NCBI GenBank assembly: GCA_010093815.1
Contig: ML996565.1
DNA: 54,732 nucleotides
Direction: 5' to 3' (one strand)
DNA from: Pseudovirgaria hyperparasitica
Lineage: Eukaryota
A model generated the notes under the pieces. The model made no database searches. It saw nothing but the letters and a program-made list of their open reading frames with translations, and was not told the origin of the DNA. Of this stretch, positions 1 to 12,000 are shown piece by piece (position 1 is the first letter of the stretch; the number at the start of each line of letters is the position of its first letter). Position numbers and translations under genes: made by a program.

Positions 1-1691
1 TCATTCCAGCAAACCTTGCACGAAAGCAGCTTGGCCTGTCTTCTGGAGCATTTCAAGACATTGCATCTAGGACAGATGTCATTGTTCACGCCGCAGCCAC
101 AGTCAATCTCGTCTATCCCTATGCTGCGCTTCGTGACGCCAACGTTGGCGGAACTCGCGAGATTCTTCGTCTTGCCAGCAAGGGCGGGTCTACTGTCCAA
201 TACATCTCCAGTAACGGTGTACTCCCGCCATCAGCGGGAGGTTGGCCAGAAGAAGCCATGCTAGGCGTAGAGCATGTACATGAGAAGCTGCTTGACGGAT
301 ACGGCCATTCAAAATGGGTCGCAGAGCAACTTGTTGTCGAAGCAAGTCGTCGCGGCATGCCAGTTAGGATCATTCGTGCCGGCACAATAAGCGGACACAG
401 TACTTCCGGAGCATCTAATGCGTGGGACCTACTCAATGCCCTGTTCGTAGAATCTGTACGCATCGGATATTTCCCTGATGTACCTGGCTGGCGCGCAGAA
501 ATGACGCCAGTCGACTTTGTGAGCAAAGCCATTGTTCATCTTGGTAATCAAACACATGCGGATCAGTTGGTGTTCCATCTCGGCGATCCAAACCCGATCC
601 CAACAAAGGAGCTCTTCCAGCACTTGACTGACCTAGGCTATCCCACAGAACCACTCGAGTTCGATGAGTGGGTCGCGATGTGGAACGTGAAAAGAGGCGC
701 GGCTAAAGGAGGTGACGGTGCCTTTACTGTCGATATCCTACGCAGCGGTATGCCAAGTATCGGGTTTCTCAAAGGCATCACTGTGCTCAACAATGTCGCA
801 ACAAGGCCATATAGGGCTGTGGTTGAACGACCAAAGGTCGACAAGGTTCTTCTCGAGACTTATACACGCCATTGGTACGCGCGAGGATGGCTCTCCCATC
901 CGCCCTCAACGCATCAATCTAAAGGCGGCTCCGCACAGCGCCCTCGCTATGGTCCGTTGAGTAGCCGCGTAGCTGTTATTGTTGGCGCATCATCTGGAAT
1001 GGGGGCAGCCATCGCCGCAGCACTTGCTCGCGAAGGCTGTCATCTAGCCCTCGCTGCAAGACGCTACGATGCATTAGAGGCTATCAAACGGCGGCTCGTC
1101 GTTCGTGAGGGCAAGGTCTTGATCCGTAAGACGGATGTTACAGATCGAAAGCAGGTCGAAGCGCTCATTACGCAAACGACAGCCGAGCTGGGACCTGTTG
1201 ACATTCTCGTCTCGTGCGCTGGTGTAATGTATTATACGCTGATGAAAAATGTACAGGTCGAGGAATGGGACCGGACTGTGGATGTGAATTGTAAGGGCCT
1301 ACTACATTGCTTGTCTTCTGTTGTACCAGGAATGCTGGCACAAGGCAGTGGTCACATTGTCGCCATCTCCTCCGATGCTGGTCGTAAAGTCTTTCCCGGG
1401 CTCGGCGTTTATTCTGCCAGCAAATTTTTCGTCGAGGCAACTTTGCAGAGCCTGAGACTGGAGACGGCCGGCTCAGGTTTACGCATCACGAGCGTGCAGC
1501 CAGGGAATACTGCGACTGATCTACTCGGCATGAGTAGTGATAAGGAAGCGATCAAGAAATATGGCGAGCCGACCGGGAGCAAGATACTTGATCCGGAGGA
1601 TATCGCTTCGTCGATCGTGTACGCATTACGGCAGCCGGGCCACGTAGCTGTGAACGAGCTGCTGATTGAACCGCGAGATGAGCCGATATGA
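1..1691 (+). CDS. ATRR: NRPS-like glycine betaine reductase (ATRR-type, A-T-R1-R2), 3' part only; 5' end lies outside the window
   Basis: Frame is open from base 3 (IPANLARKQLGL...HAAATVNLVYPYAALRDANVGGTREILRLA). It carries a thioester-reductase domain (GYGHSKWVAE, IIRAGTISG, TPVDFVS) fused to a classical SDR domain (VIVGASSGMG, SSDAG, YSASK, VQPGNTAT). Two tandem reductase domains are the hallmark of fungal ATRR. Confidence 0.88.
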   Translation, partial: IPANLARKQLGLSSGAFQDIASRTDVIVHAAATVNLVYPYAALRDANVGGTREILRLASKGGSTVQYISSNGVLPPSAGGWPEEAMLGVEHVHEKLLDGYGHSKWVAEQLVVEASRRGMPVRIIRAGTISGHSTSGASNAWDLLNALFVESVRIGYFPDVPGWRAEMTPVDFVSKAIVHLGNQTHADQLVFHLGDPNPIPTKELFQHLTDLGYPTEPLEFDEWVAMWNVKRGAAKGGDGAFTVDILRSGMPSIGFLKGITVLNNVATRPYRAVVERPKVDKVLLETYTRHWYARGWLSHPPSTHQSKGGSAQRPRYGPLSSRVAVIVGASSGMGAAIAAALAREGCHLALAARRYDALEAIKRRLVVREGKVLIRKTDVTDRKQVEALITQTTAELGPVDILVSCAGVMYYTLMKNVQVEEWDRTVDVNCKGLLHCLSSVVPGMLAQGSGHIVAISSDAGRKVFPGLGVYSASKFFVEATLQSLRLETAGSGLRITSVQPGNTATDLLGMSSDKEAIKKYGEPTGSKILDPEDIASSIVYALRQPGHVAVNELLIEPRDEPI

Positions 1692-2304
1692 TAGATTGAG
1701 ATTTGTGTGTTTGCACCACGTTTTCTTCCAGCTCACGAATCTTTCAGCATAACTAGACGTACTTTACTGTGATCAATTCACATCCAACTACAATTAATTC
1801 ATATATAATTTACTCCGACCTCGAAATTCACTCTCACCATGCCCTAGCTGCCTGATCTCCTTCAGAATTTAAATACAGCCATCGTATGGTCACGTACGTT
1901 CAACCTGTCTGGGCGTGTAGGCTGCCATTCAAGCGGGGACGGTTGCATGGATGGTTGGCAGGCTCACCATGGATGCGGCTACACTGGCCGTGCCTCGCTA
2001 TCCATTCAATAGACCAAGTTAGAAATATATATCTAGAACGGCTGTTCTACGGCAACATTAATGGCTGAGCAGCCGTTCGTGCATGAGATGACTGGCGAGA
2101 AGAGCTTGAAGTGGACCGTTGGCCTTTGATTATCCTAGCATGGCTGGACGATAAGCTCTTAAAAAGGTATTTCTGCTTTCGCCCTCCTCACCTTTCATCT
2201 CAATGCTTTTCGCATATCGACCTCGAGCGACGAAAAGAACGAATATCAACCGGAACCGGCCTTCACATACGTTACAGACGTCGAATAACGTTGTGTAAGT
2301 CCGG

Positions 2305-4217
2305 ATGTCGGCCACAGCCGCGATTGGGGTTGCCAGCGCGCGCAATCCTTTAGAGGCAAAATCGACTGGACCTCAAGAGACAACGTATCACAGACCAGGC
2401 CCAGCTAATGATGACGTGAACGACGTCGATATTCATAGGTTTCAGCGCTCGCTGAGTCACGACAGGCGCGATATGGCGCGTATGGGCAAGACACAGGAGC
2501 TGATAGTATGTTTCATTCTAGCTTTCACCACGTGGATTCAATGCGACCGATATGAAGCTCACCATGTGACTCATTAGAGGAACTTTCGACCCCTTTCTGC
2601 TTTGGCCTTTGTAGTCATCCTCCAAGGAACGTGGGAAGTACTTTTGGCGTATGTATGCCTCGAATTCTTAATCTTCATATTCATGCTCAGGATGTAGTGC
2701 ATCTTATCAAGGTCTGCAGAACGGAGGCCTCGCTGGCCTCATCTGGTCGTATATTTGGACTTTTGTCGGAATGCTGTTTGTTAATGTCTCACTGGCGGAG
2801 ATGGCGTCAATGTAAGTACCTTGCACCAGATTTCTCAGGCTCTTTTCGAGCTCTTACCAACTTACAGGGCACCCACTTCCGGAGGCCAGTATCATTGGGT
2901 GTCCGAATTCGCGCCACCTCGATTCCAGCGCTTTCTGAGTTATCAGACAGGTATGAACCTTCATATATATCCGATGACATGTAGTAAAATTTCTAGGTTG
3001 GATGTCCACACTATCATGGCAAGCCGGTACTGCCTCCGGACCATTCCTAGTCGGCACAATGATTCAGTCGCTAGTTATTGAAAATAACGAATCGTACTCA
3101 CCTAGTAACTGGCAGGGAACGCTAATAGTCATTGCTATTACTATAATGATCTACTTCATCAACGTATATGGCGTGAGGATCATGCCAATGTTCCAGAACG
3201 TCATGTTAGTTGTCCATGTATCTGGTTTTCTGATCATAATGATCGTGTTTTGGGTCCTCTCACCTAGAGTCCCTGCCAAGACAGTCTTTCTTGAGTTCAC
3301 CAACTCTGGTGGTTGGGGCTCGATAGGAGTCAGCTTGATGGTTGGTCAGATATCATCCCTCTATGCGTGCATCTGTGAGTCAAGACCTTTTTTCTGACCT
3401 TGCTACCTGCTAACTTTCACGTGTAGGTGCTGATGCAGCTGCGCACATGTCTGAAGAAATCGAAGATGCCGGAGTCACAGTCCCTCGCGCTATGATGGGC
3501 TCATACTTCGTCAACGGTGGTATCGGCATCGTCTTCCTCATCTCCTTCCTCTTCACGATCACATCTGTTACAGACGCTCTCAATGAGGACTATCCGTTCA
3601 TCTTTGTCTTTCGCCAAACTGTCTCCGTTGCCGGCATCAATGGCCTCACCTCGATCCTCATAATCCTGATATTCGCGGGCACAATGTCTTACAATCTATC
3701 TACATCGCGCCAGACATGGGCCTTTGCGCGCGATGGAGGTCTACCATTCAGTGAATTCATCAGTGCTGTGCATCCTACTATGCATGTACCGGTAAATGCG
3801 GTCTTAATTACATGCGTACTCACGGCGGTGCTATCACTCATCAACATTGGCTCTGAGGTGACATTCAATGCTATAATATCGCTCAATCTCGTCTCGCTCA
3901 TGATCACATATACTATTTCCATCGGTTGCGTGCTCTACCGCCGCATCACCGCGCCTGAAACTCTACCTCCTTGCCGCTGGAGCTTAGGTCACTGGGGCGT
4001 GCCGATAAATGCAATCGCAGTCGCGTATAGCACGGTTGCGTTTTTCTGGTGTTTCTGGCCGCCCCAAACGCCTGTGGATAAAGAGACGTTTAACTGGGCC
4101 GTGGTAATGTTCCTTGCTGTTGCGCTGTTGAGTACTGTAGATTACGTGCGTCGCGCACGGAAGGTGTATAAAGGGCCGGTTGTACTGGTGGAGCAGCAGC
4201 ATGAGTGCTCGATGTGA
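2305..4217 (+). CDS. Amino acid/choline (ACT, Hnm1/Uga4-like) APC-family permease, multi-exon
   Basis: Spliced translation gives MGKTQELI-RNFRPLSALAF..., APTSGGQYHWVSEFAP, AAHMSEEIEDAG, SRQTWAFARDGGLPFS, PVNA, with many TM helices. GT-AG introns, e.g. 2506-2577. Confidence 0.9.
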
Positions 4218-4334
4218 CTGGAAGGAATTGCGCGGCGGAAATGTCATTTTCAAGATCCGCTTTGTTTATATCATGAGCTATGACAAGTGAGTTGGGTGGA
4301 TAAGTATCCGTTGTTTCATAGTTAATGCCGCAGC

Positions 4335-4348
4335 TATATATATATATA
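4335..4348. repeat. (TA)7 microsatellite
   Basis: tatatatatatata read directly. Confidence 0.85.
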
Positions 4349-4911
4349 CCGCTCGGTGGTTGTGACATCCTGCCAAGCATTGCTCCTCTTCCCTATAGAC
4401 AGATTTATACTAGGGCACCCTTGCCTGATAATCGCGCACAGTACATAGTAAGGTGGTTGAACTGTTTTAAATCCTCTTGTAGGACCAAATCCTTCTACTG
4501 ATGTGTCTTTGCAGAGCAAATATACTATTTCAGGTACATCCCGTCACTACTAATATTAGTTTTAAAGTCTGTGTACCTGTTCCGGTCCGATGCATAGACG
4601 CGTCTAATTCGCTGCCAAGCTGATTGCTTCCAGGCTTTTTTGACAGTAATAACTACATAGTACTATTAGACTTGCAAGGAAATCACCGTGCCTGGCTCTT
4701 CATCCTAAGTGACATATCCTGACACTGCGAAAAGTCAGTGATCGTAGACCATGCGGGCCAGATAGAAACACCGCAAAGTGCACACTGCGCACAATAATTT
4801 TATGATGGAGTGAATATAAGTGTGCACCCAACGCTTGCTCTGTCTCTCAGCATCATTCCAAGCTACTCAGGTCATCATTGCAGAAGCATCTTGTTCTCAG
4901 GACCAATCAAG

Positions 4912-6441
4912 ATGCCGACTCTCTCACGCTCAGTCACTCTGCTCCTCGGAGCCACCCTCCCATTCACAGCTGCTCTGCCGACCATCACCTGTCGTGACGG
5001 TGAGGCTTCACACTCGTCCTGTCTCGATATCATCAGACCACGCATAGTCCTAGACTCGCCAGAGGCCGGTCAGGATATCGGAACGAATGTACTTACAGAC
5101 AGTCTTTCTAAGCGGATCGTACTAGGTGAGGATTTGGATGGCGACGTGGACTTCGATGACGGCCTAAACATGCCTGAGGGAGTACATAAACGCCATATTC
5201 CAAACACTGAGGGGGAGCAGCCTACCGAGCCAGGAAAACCGTCCACTGATCCTGCCAACAAAGAAAATAAGGATAAGGACCCTAAAGATCAAGCCAAAGA
5301 GGGCGATAAAAAGGGTGATGACGCAGGAAAGCCTGCCGACAAAGAACCCAAGGACAAGGACCCGAAAGCCCATGACGATAAAAAGGGTGACGACGCGGGA
5401 AAGCCAGCTGATAAAGGGCCTATGCACCACCTTCCGGTACACAAAGACAACATTACGCCAGCTGGTGTCTCGGCTGGTTTTGATGCACCGCAAGACAAGT
5501 TGATCATCGCTATAGACTTCAAGTCTCACGATAAGCTCGTCCACGATAAGGGTCATGACAAAACTCATACCGACGGGGCACACCTGAACCCCTTTCCAGC
5601 ACACATGGAGGAGCAGACTATCCGACTAGCTGGTGGTTCCAACTTTGACATCCCTACCGAACGTGCCAACATGGACTCCTGGGCAGCAGACAAGGCCAGT
5701 GCCACCACGCGTGGTTTTGGTCAACAAGCCGATGCTCTACAGAACATGCCCGCTTCACAAGCTGGTGCCGCCACCTTTGGTGGCAGGTCCAACATTCCGT
5801 CACCCTTCGTTCCAGGGAGCAATGACTGGGATAGCACTTCCGGAAAGTACCCTCCAGTCGCTGGCTCCAACATTGCTCAGTCTCACAATGACTGGGACAC
5901 TACTACGCCGGGTGCTACCGCAGGTGGTTTTGGTCTACAAGAATCTGGTGCCACCGACTTTGGCAGCAAGTTCAACAACCCGTACCCACCCTCTGGTTCA
6001 GCAAGCAATGACTGGCAGAGTAACCGCGCAAAGTACCCCAGCAACCCGGATCTAAACTCCGCCCAAGCAAGCAATGACTGGCAGAACACCGCCTGGAACA
6101 CTGCTAAATCCCAAGATATGGCGCAAAACTCCGCACTAGCAAGCAATGACTGGCAGAGCAACCCCTCCAGCGCTGCTAAGCCCCAAGATATGATGCCAAA
6201 CTCTGCTCCAGCAGGCAATGATTGGCAGAACACCCCATCCAGCGCTGATAAGCCCCAAGACATGGCACCAAGCTCCGCTCCAGCAAGCAACAACTGGCAG
6301 AATCCTGAGCAGAGCAAGAACTTGGGAGCCAACGCTGCGGACAAGGGCCTGGAAGATTTCTCTCAAAGTCACGAACAGGAACTCTCCAAGCAGGGCAATT
6401 CCCTTGACTTACCAAAGCCGGTTCCAGGGCCAACAGCGTAG
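4912..6441 (+). CDS. Unknown secreted, low-complexity protein with internal tandem repeats
   Basis: ATG 4912 gives a signal-peptide-like start (MPTLSRSVTLLLGATLPFTAA-LP). Two KR sites follow, then a K/D-rich duplicated segment and seven N[DN]W motifs. Long uninterrupted ORF. Confidence 0.75.
   Translation: MPTLSRSVTLLLGATLPFTAALPTITCRDGEASHSSCLDIIRPRIVLDSPEAGQDIGTNVLTDSLSKRIVLGEDLDGDVDFDDGLNMPEGVHKRHIPNTEGEQPTEPGKPSTDPANKENKDKDPKDQAKEGDKKGDDAGKPADKEPKDKDPKAHDDKKGDDAGKPADKGPMHHLPVHKDNITPAGVSAGFDAPQDKLIIAIDFKSHDKLVHDKGHDKTHTDGAHLNPFPAHMEEQTIRLAGGSNFDIPTERANMDSWAADKASATTRGFGQQADALQNMPASQAGAATFGGRSNIPSPFVPGSNDWDSTSGKYPPVAGSNIAQSHNDWDTTTPGATAGGFGLQESGATDFGSKFNNPYPPSGSASNDWQSNRAKYPSNPDLNSAQASNDWQNTAWNTAKSQDMAQNSALASNDWQSNPSSAAKPQDMMPNSAPAGNDWQNTPSSADKPQDMAPSSAPASNNWQNPEQSKNLGANAADKGLEDFSQSHEQELSKQGNSLDLPKPVPGPTA
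6001..6300 (+). repeat. Coding tandem repeat, 72-bp (24 aa) period, ASNDWQ units
   Basis: gcaagcaatgactggcag-like units start at 6001, 6067, 6139, 6211 and 6283. Confidence 0.9.
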
Positions 6442-7342
6442 GGTGAGAACACCGCTACTGAACTGGGTAATATCTCAGATGGAAATTCCCACAAGACGAC
6501 ATAAAATGGATAACGTCTAGAAGAAGGGGGAAGACGAGCTCCCTTCGACGGATATGTGTACTGGAGAATGCCTGGTTTAATGTAAAATGGGGCCCAGACG
6601 TGAGGAGACAATGTGAAATTGCCGAAATGTTTCTTCTACTACTGTATTTACACACAGACCTAGATTTATTTTCATTTGTCCATGTACTCCAACTTCGTCA
6701 TCTGGAAAACTTCATGTGAAACAAGGAAATATGAGATTTATGTGGAGCATACAGCTTCCTTTTGGCTTTTCAGACTTTCTTAATACCACGGCGGAGACTG
6801 TGATTGTCCAGTGGAGAGCTGGCGGTGTAGTAGGACGCGCCTTTGAATTTGTTAGAAAATTCACATTTTGCACTTTGATTTTGTCATCATATCTCTCTAA
6901 CCCGTACTGTCCACGATAACTGATCACGATGTCATATTTAACGCTAAGGTGACCAAACTCTCTTAGTGTATCAGCTAGGACGCGGGGTGGAAGTAATTTT
7001 TTGACGTATGTGTTGACCTACTATCTATAGAAAACTCTTTGTCATAAGTCGCTCTCAGTAAAACTTTTTGGAGAGTACCAATAACGGGTATATGTATCGA
7101 CATCACAATTCTTTTGTAATGTCTTGACGACCCCGTGTCTTGAGACGGGAGCGAAACGTCTATAATCAATGGGAGGCTACGCGAGCTAGTGTGAGGCGTC
7201 CAACAGGCCGTCATAAGTGCGTTGGGCATCGTTGAAATTTAAGTAGATGGCCACGTCCGTAGAGTTGTTTGTTTGGTTCCATGTCAGAAGATTTGATCTC
7301 GCCTACTGTCTGACTTATCGCTCTCTCCGCATTCATGTCGGT

Positions 7343-8422
7343 ATGGCAACGGCAACAGAAAATGAAGCAGCACCTGTGCGTGACAATCGCTACGGTCTAA
7401 CCCGGGAGCTGAATGACTCTGTGAGGTAGGATAAATGAGTGCTAGTTCTTTGTCTTAGACCCTCTCTGAATTACTGTGGTCAGGTTGAGTATGCAGCATT
7501 GGATGTTCACGTACTTTTTCGATGAATACCCTCCACAACCCGCTCCAGCATCCCTAGTCACGGAGGAACACATCAAAGAGAACGGGAATATTCGGATCGC
7601 TGATGTCGGTTGTGGTAATGGGTCTGTACTAAGCAACTTCTTTTCCACCAACTGCAAAGCCATAATAACATATACATCCAGCGCCTGGCTTCTAGAGACA
7701 TATCGCTCACTCCCGGCCAACATCCGCGAAAACGTGCTTTTCGAAGGCATAGATATCGCACACGATTATCTCCCCATGGGGGACGACATACCATCAACCT
7801 TCAAGTTTTCGGAATGGGATGTTTACACTGAGCCTCCTGCTGAGCTGATTGGTCAATTCGACATCGTCCACATCAGGCTCTTCGTCATTGTCGTTCGAGA
7901 CAACGACCCATGCACGATGATCCGGAATGCGGTGAGGCTCTTGAAGCCGGGTGGTTATCTGCAGTGGGACGAGCTCGAGCCAAACACAACGATTGTGCGA
8001 GCACCGACGCCAGGGATGAGCACGGAGTCAGCCCAAGCGTGGATCACGGCCATGTTAAAAGGGATGTGCATGAGTTTTAAGACCGATCTCAAGTATGATA
8101 CCTTAGACAAAGGTGATAACAAAGGTTGCTAACACACTGTAGCTGGTGTTCGACGCTCGCCTCGTATTTTGAGAAGTGTGGACTTGAGCCTGTCGCAGAT
8201 GTGCATCGTGAGTGCCCTCCGGAGTTCCGGAGACTGATGACGACGAATGCTCTTTCGGCACTGGAGAATGTCGGGCGGGGTATTTCGGATGAGCTGGGAA
8301 AGGTAAAAGGGACGGGTCTGTCTTGGTCAGACTTGTGCAGCGCTTGTTTGGTGGAAACGAGCCAGGGTGTGACCGTGACGCAGAGCCTGTCGATTGTGGT
8401 TGGTCGGAAAACAATTTTATAG
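7343..8422 (+). CDS. Class I SAM-dependent methyltransferase (LaeA-like/Methyltransf_23-25 type), multi-exon
   Basis: MATATENEAAPVRDNRYGLTRELNDSVR-LSMQH start, IADVGCGNG motif I, GIDI, FDIVHIRLF, LLKPGGYLQW.E. GT-AG introns with ctaac/ctgaa-type branch sites. Confidence 0.85.
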
Positions 8423-9098
8423 AGAATTGATTTGAGTATCACCTGTTACGACTGTCGGGGTAATTTGTGGCTTAATTTGTCGGGAAAAAACTTCCTGTTG
8501 ATAGGATTTCATCGTTTCGAGTTGACGAAGGAGACTGAATAATAAGGTTAACACGGCCTGTGATAGCATTACTCTTGACCAAGTAAGATGTCCTTTATTC
8601 TACATCGATGTTATTCATTGGAAGTGCTTACCCTCTGCTTGTGATTACGATGTATATTTAATCGGCACCAAGCCAATCTTATACATTGTCTAAGTGGCCA
8701 ACACACATCGGAACAAAGAAAATATGGCACGAAAAGACGTAACAGAACAATAGAGAAAGATTAGAACCAAGGACAAAGTCTGTTTGATGCAACAGACAAA
8801 GCTCCAGGGCGAAATGGTTAGCCCAAGTATAATATTTTCATTAACTTCATGCCTTTGTAGTAGATCATAGACCTCGTTAATTGGCAATCTACCCCAAAAT
8901 ATTGAAATAGATCGCAATAGAAGCAACTCCTTTATAAGTAGTCTCCATGTGCTATTCTACACTGGCGCAGTTATGCACTTCTATATGTAGGAAGAGCTAT
9001 GTTTTGTTACCATCTAGTCATACTATGAGTGATCTTCCTACTCCTATCTGAGAAGGCTGCCTTAAGCGACAGTCATTTGACGTAGAGTGTGCAAACCT

Positions 9099-12000
9099 TC
9101 AAACGATCGTAGTACGCTTCTCATTGATGATAGACGCCACAGCAGCCAGACTCTGGCTCTGCAATATGTCGAAGATACTCAGGTCTACACCTAACTCTTT
9201 CTTCACCCATGCTCTCAGCTCTACCCCTACTAAAGAGTCTACTCCTTGTGCCGATGCGGCCCTCGTGAGATCAATGTCGACCTCCGGCACAAAAAGGGCC
9301 TTTGCCACACGCGATAAGAGCAATTTCGAGAGTATACTAATTGCGTCGTCTTCGCTTTTTGCATCGCGGAGTAAATCAGCGGCAGGCATTTGAGCACTCC
9401 CGGAAAGGTTAGCTAGTCCAGTATTTGTCTGTCGGTCCATCCCCCACAAGTGTCTGAATAAAGGCCGAGCCATCATCGGGAACGGGGCAAGACTGCGCTT
9501 CTCGAACGTTGAGTGGGTTGTAAGACCAGTCATAATACCAGAGACAAAATCTGGCGATTTGACAATCGCCGGATCACGCATCGCATCAGCACAAATGCTT
9601 TCGAGCATTGCGTGTAGCTCACTTTCTGTGGTACTAGCATATCCAGCACCCAGCATACGGTCTTTTATATCTGGATGCTCGGCTACGAAGCCGACATCAG
9701 TGATAAGGCCCAAGCCAAGAGATATTCCATGTTGGCCACACTCGGCGCGGTACCGGGCGAGAGAATCTTGATACGTATTTCCGGCGGCATAGTTGGATTG
9801 CCCAAGATTACCAATGGCGCCCATAGAAGAGGATAGCATGACGAAGAAATCTAGATCTGAAGGTAGATAGGTGTGGAGATTCCATGAGCCAGTCACCTTT
9901 GGACGTAGCGCGGCATTGAAGTCTTCCAGTGACATGTTTTCAAAAAGGGAGTCCTGTTCAAAGTTAGTCGAGTTCAAAAGTGATGACTTTGCAGTTACGG
10001 TGATGGCCTACCTTTAGTACCATGGCACACTGGAAACAGCCTTTTATAGCTGGCATGCACTCTTTGCAATCTCTCAAGTTTTCAGACATGGACTGTTCGT
10101 CAGAGATGTCACATTTTGGAGCCATGACTTTTACGCCCTTTGCATGTAGTTCAGCCAACAATGTTGTGGCTGCAACACTGCTACCACCGGATCTAGAAAG
10201 CAGTATGAGGTTTTTGGCACCTTTGTCCGCCACCCACCGGCTGATACTACGCCCTAGACCCCCGAATGCTCCGGCTATGACATAGCTCACCATCGGATCA
10301 AATAATAAAGGAGCCGGCGTTTTGGGCATCATCTTTTGGTGTTAGTTGTTGTCTACAAGTAATTGAGGTAAACCATACCCGTAGTGTATCGTCGCCGGTG
10401 AACTGAACGATGCATAATCCTGAGGCTTGATTTCCTTGTTGCGACCTCACAGCAGTCTCAATATCAGAGGCCTTGTACCTCTGTAGACCGGCCGGAACGA
10501 TAGTTCCCGGTTCTAATCCTGAAAATATATCAGGAAGGAATTTGACATACCCGTTTTCCAAACTGTAATCAACGAGCTCCTCCACTGTTGTAGAGATGAA
10601 GGATACGCTCGGCATTTTAGGCAAGTTCGTGAGCGCCACATTGTCGATTCCATATCTGATATCGATCAACTTACCCATCGGCTGAACACATTTGGATATT
10701 TCAACGAGTTCGATGCTAGAGAAGGACCCAAATGCTATGTGCACGCGTTGGTCGCCGGTGGATGCCAGAACTCTCTCAGCTAGGTCTACAGCTACCGCAT
10801 TGGTGGAAATGATATCCGCTTCCTGGATTCCAAGTTCATCCTTGAGTGTTCTCTTCTCTTCGTCGCAACTGACTGTTGTAAAGACAACCGCTCCTTTCAT
10901 TCTGCACACCTGAAGCGCAGCCTGGCCCAGGGAGCTTGCCCCGTCGTGAACCAAAACGATCTGATTCCTCTGCAAGTTCGCAAAAGCGGCAAGTGAGCTA
11001 TAGGCTACAAGATAGTTCACGAATATAGATGCTCCGTCATGGAGATCTACAGAGTCTGGTAAAATCAGGGCGGCGTGTTCATTACACCTGGCGTAGCTGG
11101 AGAATGACTCGCGACTAACGCAGGCGACTCTATGGCCGGTCTGCAGGTTAGACACCGATGATCCAACGCGCGAGACGACACCAGAACACTGGAGGCCGAT
11201 GAAGTTTCCGGGAGTTTGCCCCAGAATGACAGCCGAATCTCTGACACTCAACGCGGCACCGTGCACATCGACTTCGATATCATGTTCACCAAGAGGACTT
11301 CCAGCGCGTGGATCGTCCTCAAAGTGCAATGTATCGAGAATTCCTGGTGATCCAATGGTCATGCGCAATTGACGCATAGACTTCGGCTCTACTTGTTGTA
11401 TCGATGGTGCTTGGGTAGCCTTTCTGTGATATAGCTTGTCGTTCATTTCTTCATCTTCGATGATTCGATCGATGTACAGGATGCCATCGCGAAGCATGTA
11501 CTCGACTTCTGCGTTTTCGGCGTCGTCGCAGATGACTTTGCTCAGAACCTGCTGTATCGCTGCCGAAACATGTGATACAGAGCTGGTGTCATCAATACTA
11601 AGTGAGGTGAAACCAAGTACAGGTCGCTCAGAATAGACTGTATGTGCAAGACCTTGTATCAAACCAAAGGTAGGCGTATTCAATCCTTCCGAAACTACCC
11701 AAAGGATAGAACGAGCACACTGAGTTGCAGATTTCAAACAATCGTACTCTTTCTGCTTCATATCAACAAGTAGAGGGCGATCCAGTTCGGACAGAAACAC
11801 GTAAATCCTGTCGCTAGTCATGCTGTCCGAACTGCTCTCTTCGAAAGTCATTAACTGTATTTGATGCCCTTTAGCAGAGAAGTGCTGCATTGTCTCGATA
11901 GCTATAGATTGCTGCATATTAGACTCGATATCAGCTATCAAAACAATTGGATTTACACTGGATTGTGGCGCTTCATCGGGGGTCTTCTCGTGCGCTGCTG

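Noticed and set aside
4595..4606. 12-bp palindrome TAGACGCGTCTA containing ACGCGT
   Set aside because: Single short palindrome, expected by chance in 55 kb
6001..6300. CRISPR-like repeat-spacer appearance
   Set aside because: Eukaryotic locus; units are in-frame coding repeats with mutually similar spacers
4912..6441. Classical dikaritin/KEP RiPP precursor call
   Set aside because: Repeats are not individually bounded by KR sites and no DUF3328/UstYa gene is in the window; kept only as an open possibility
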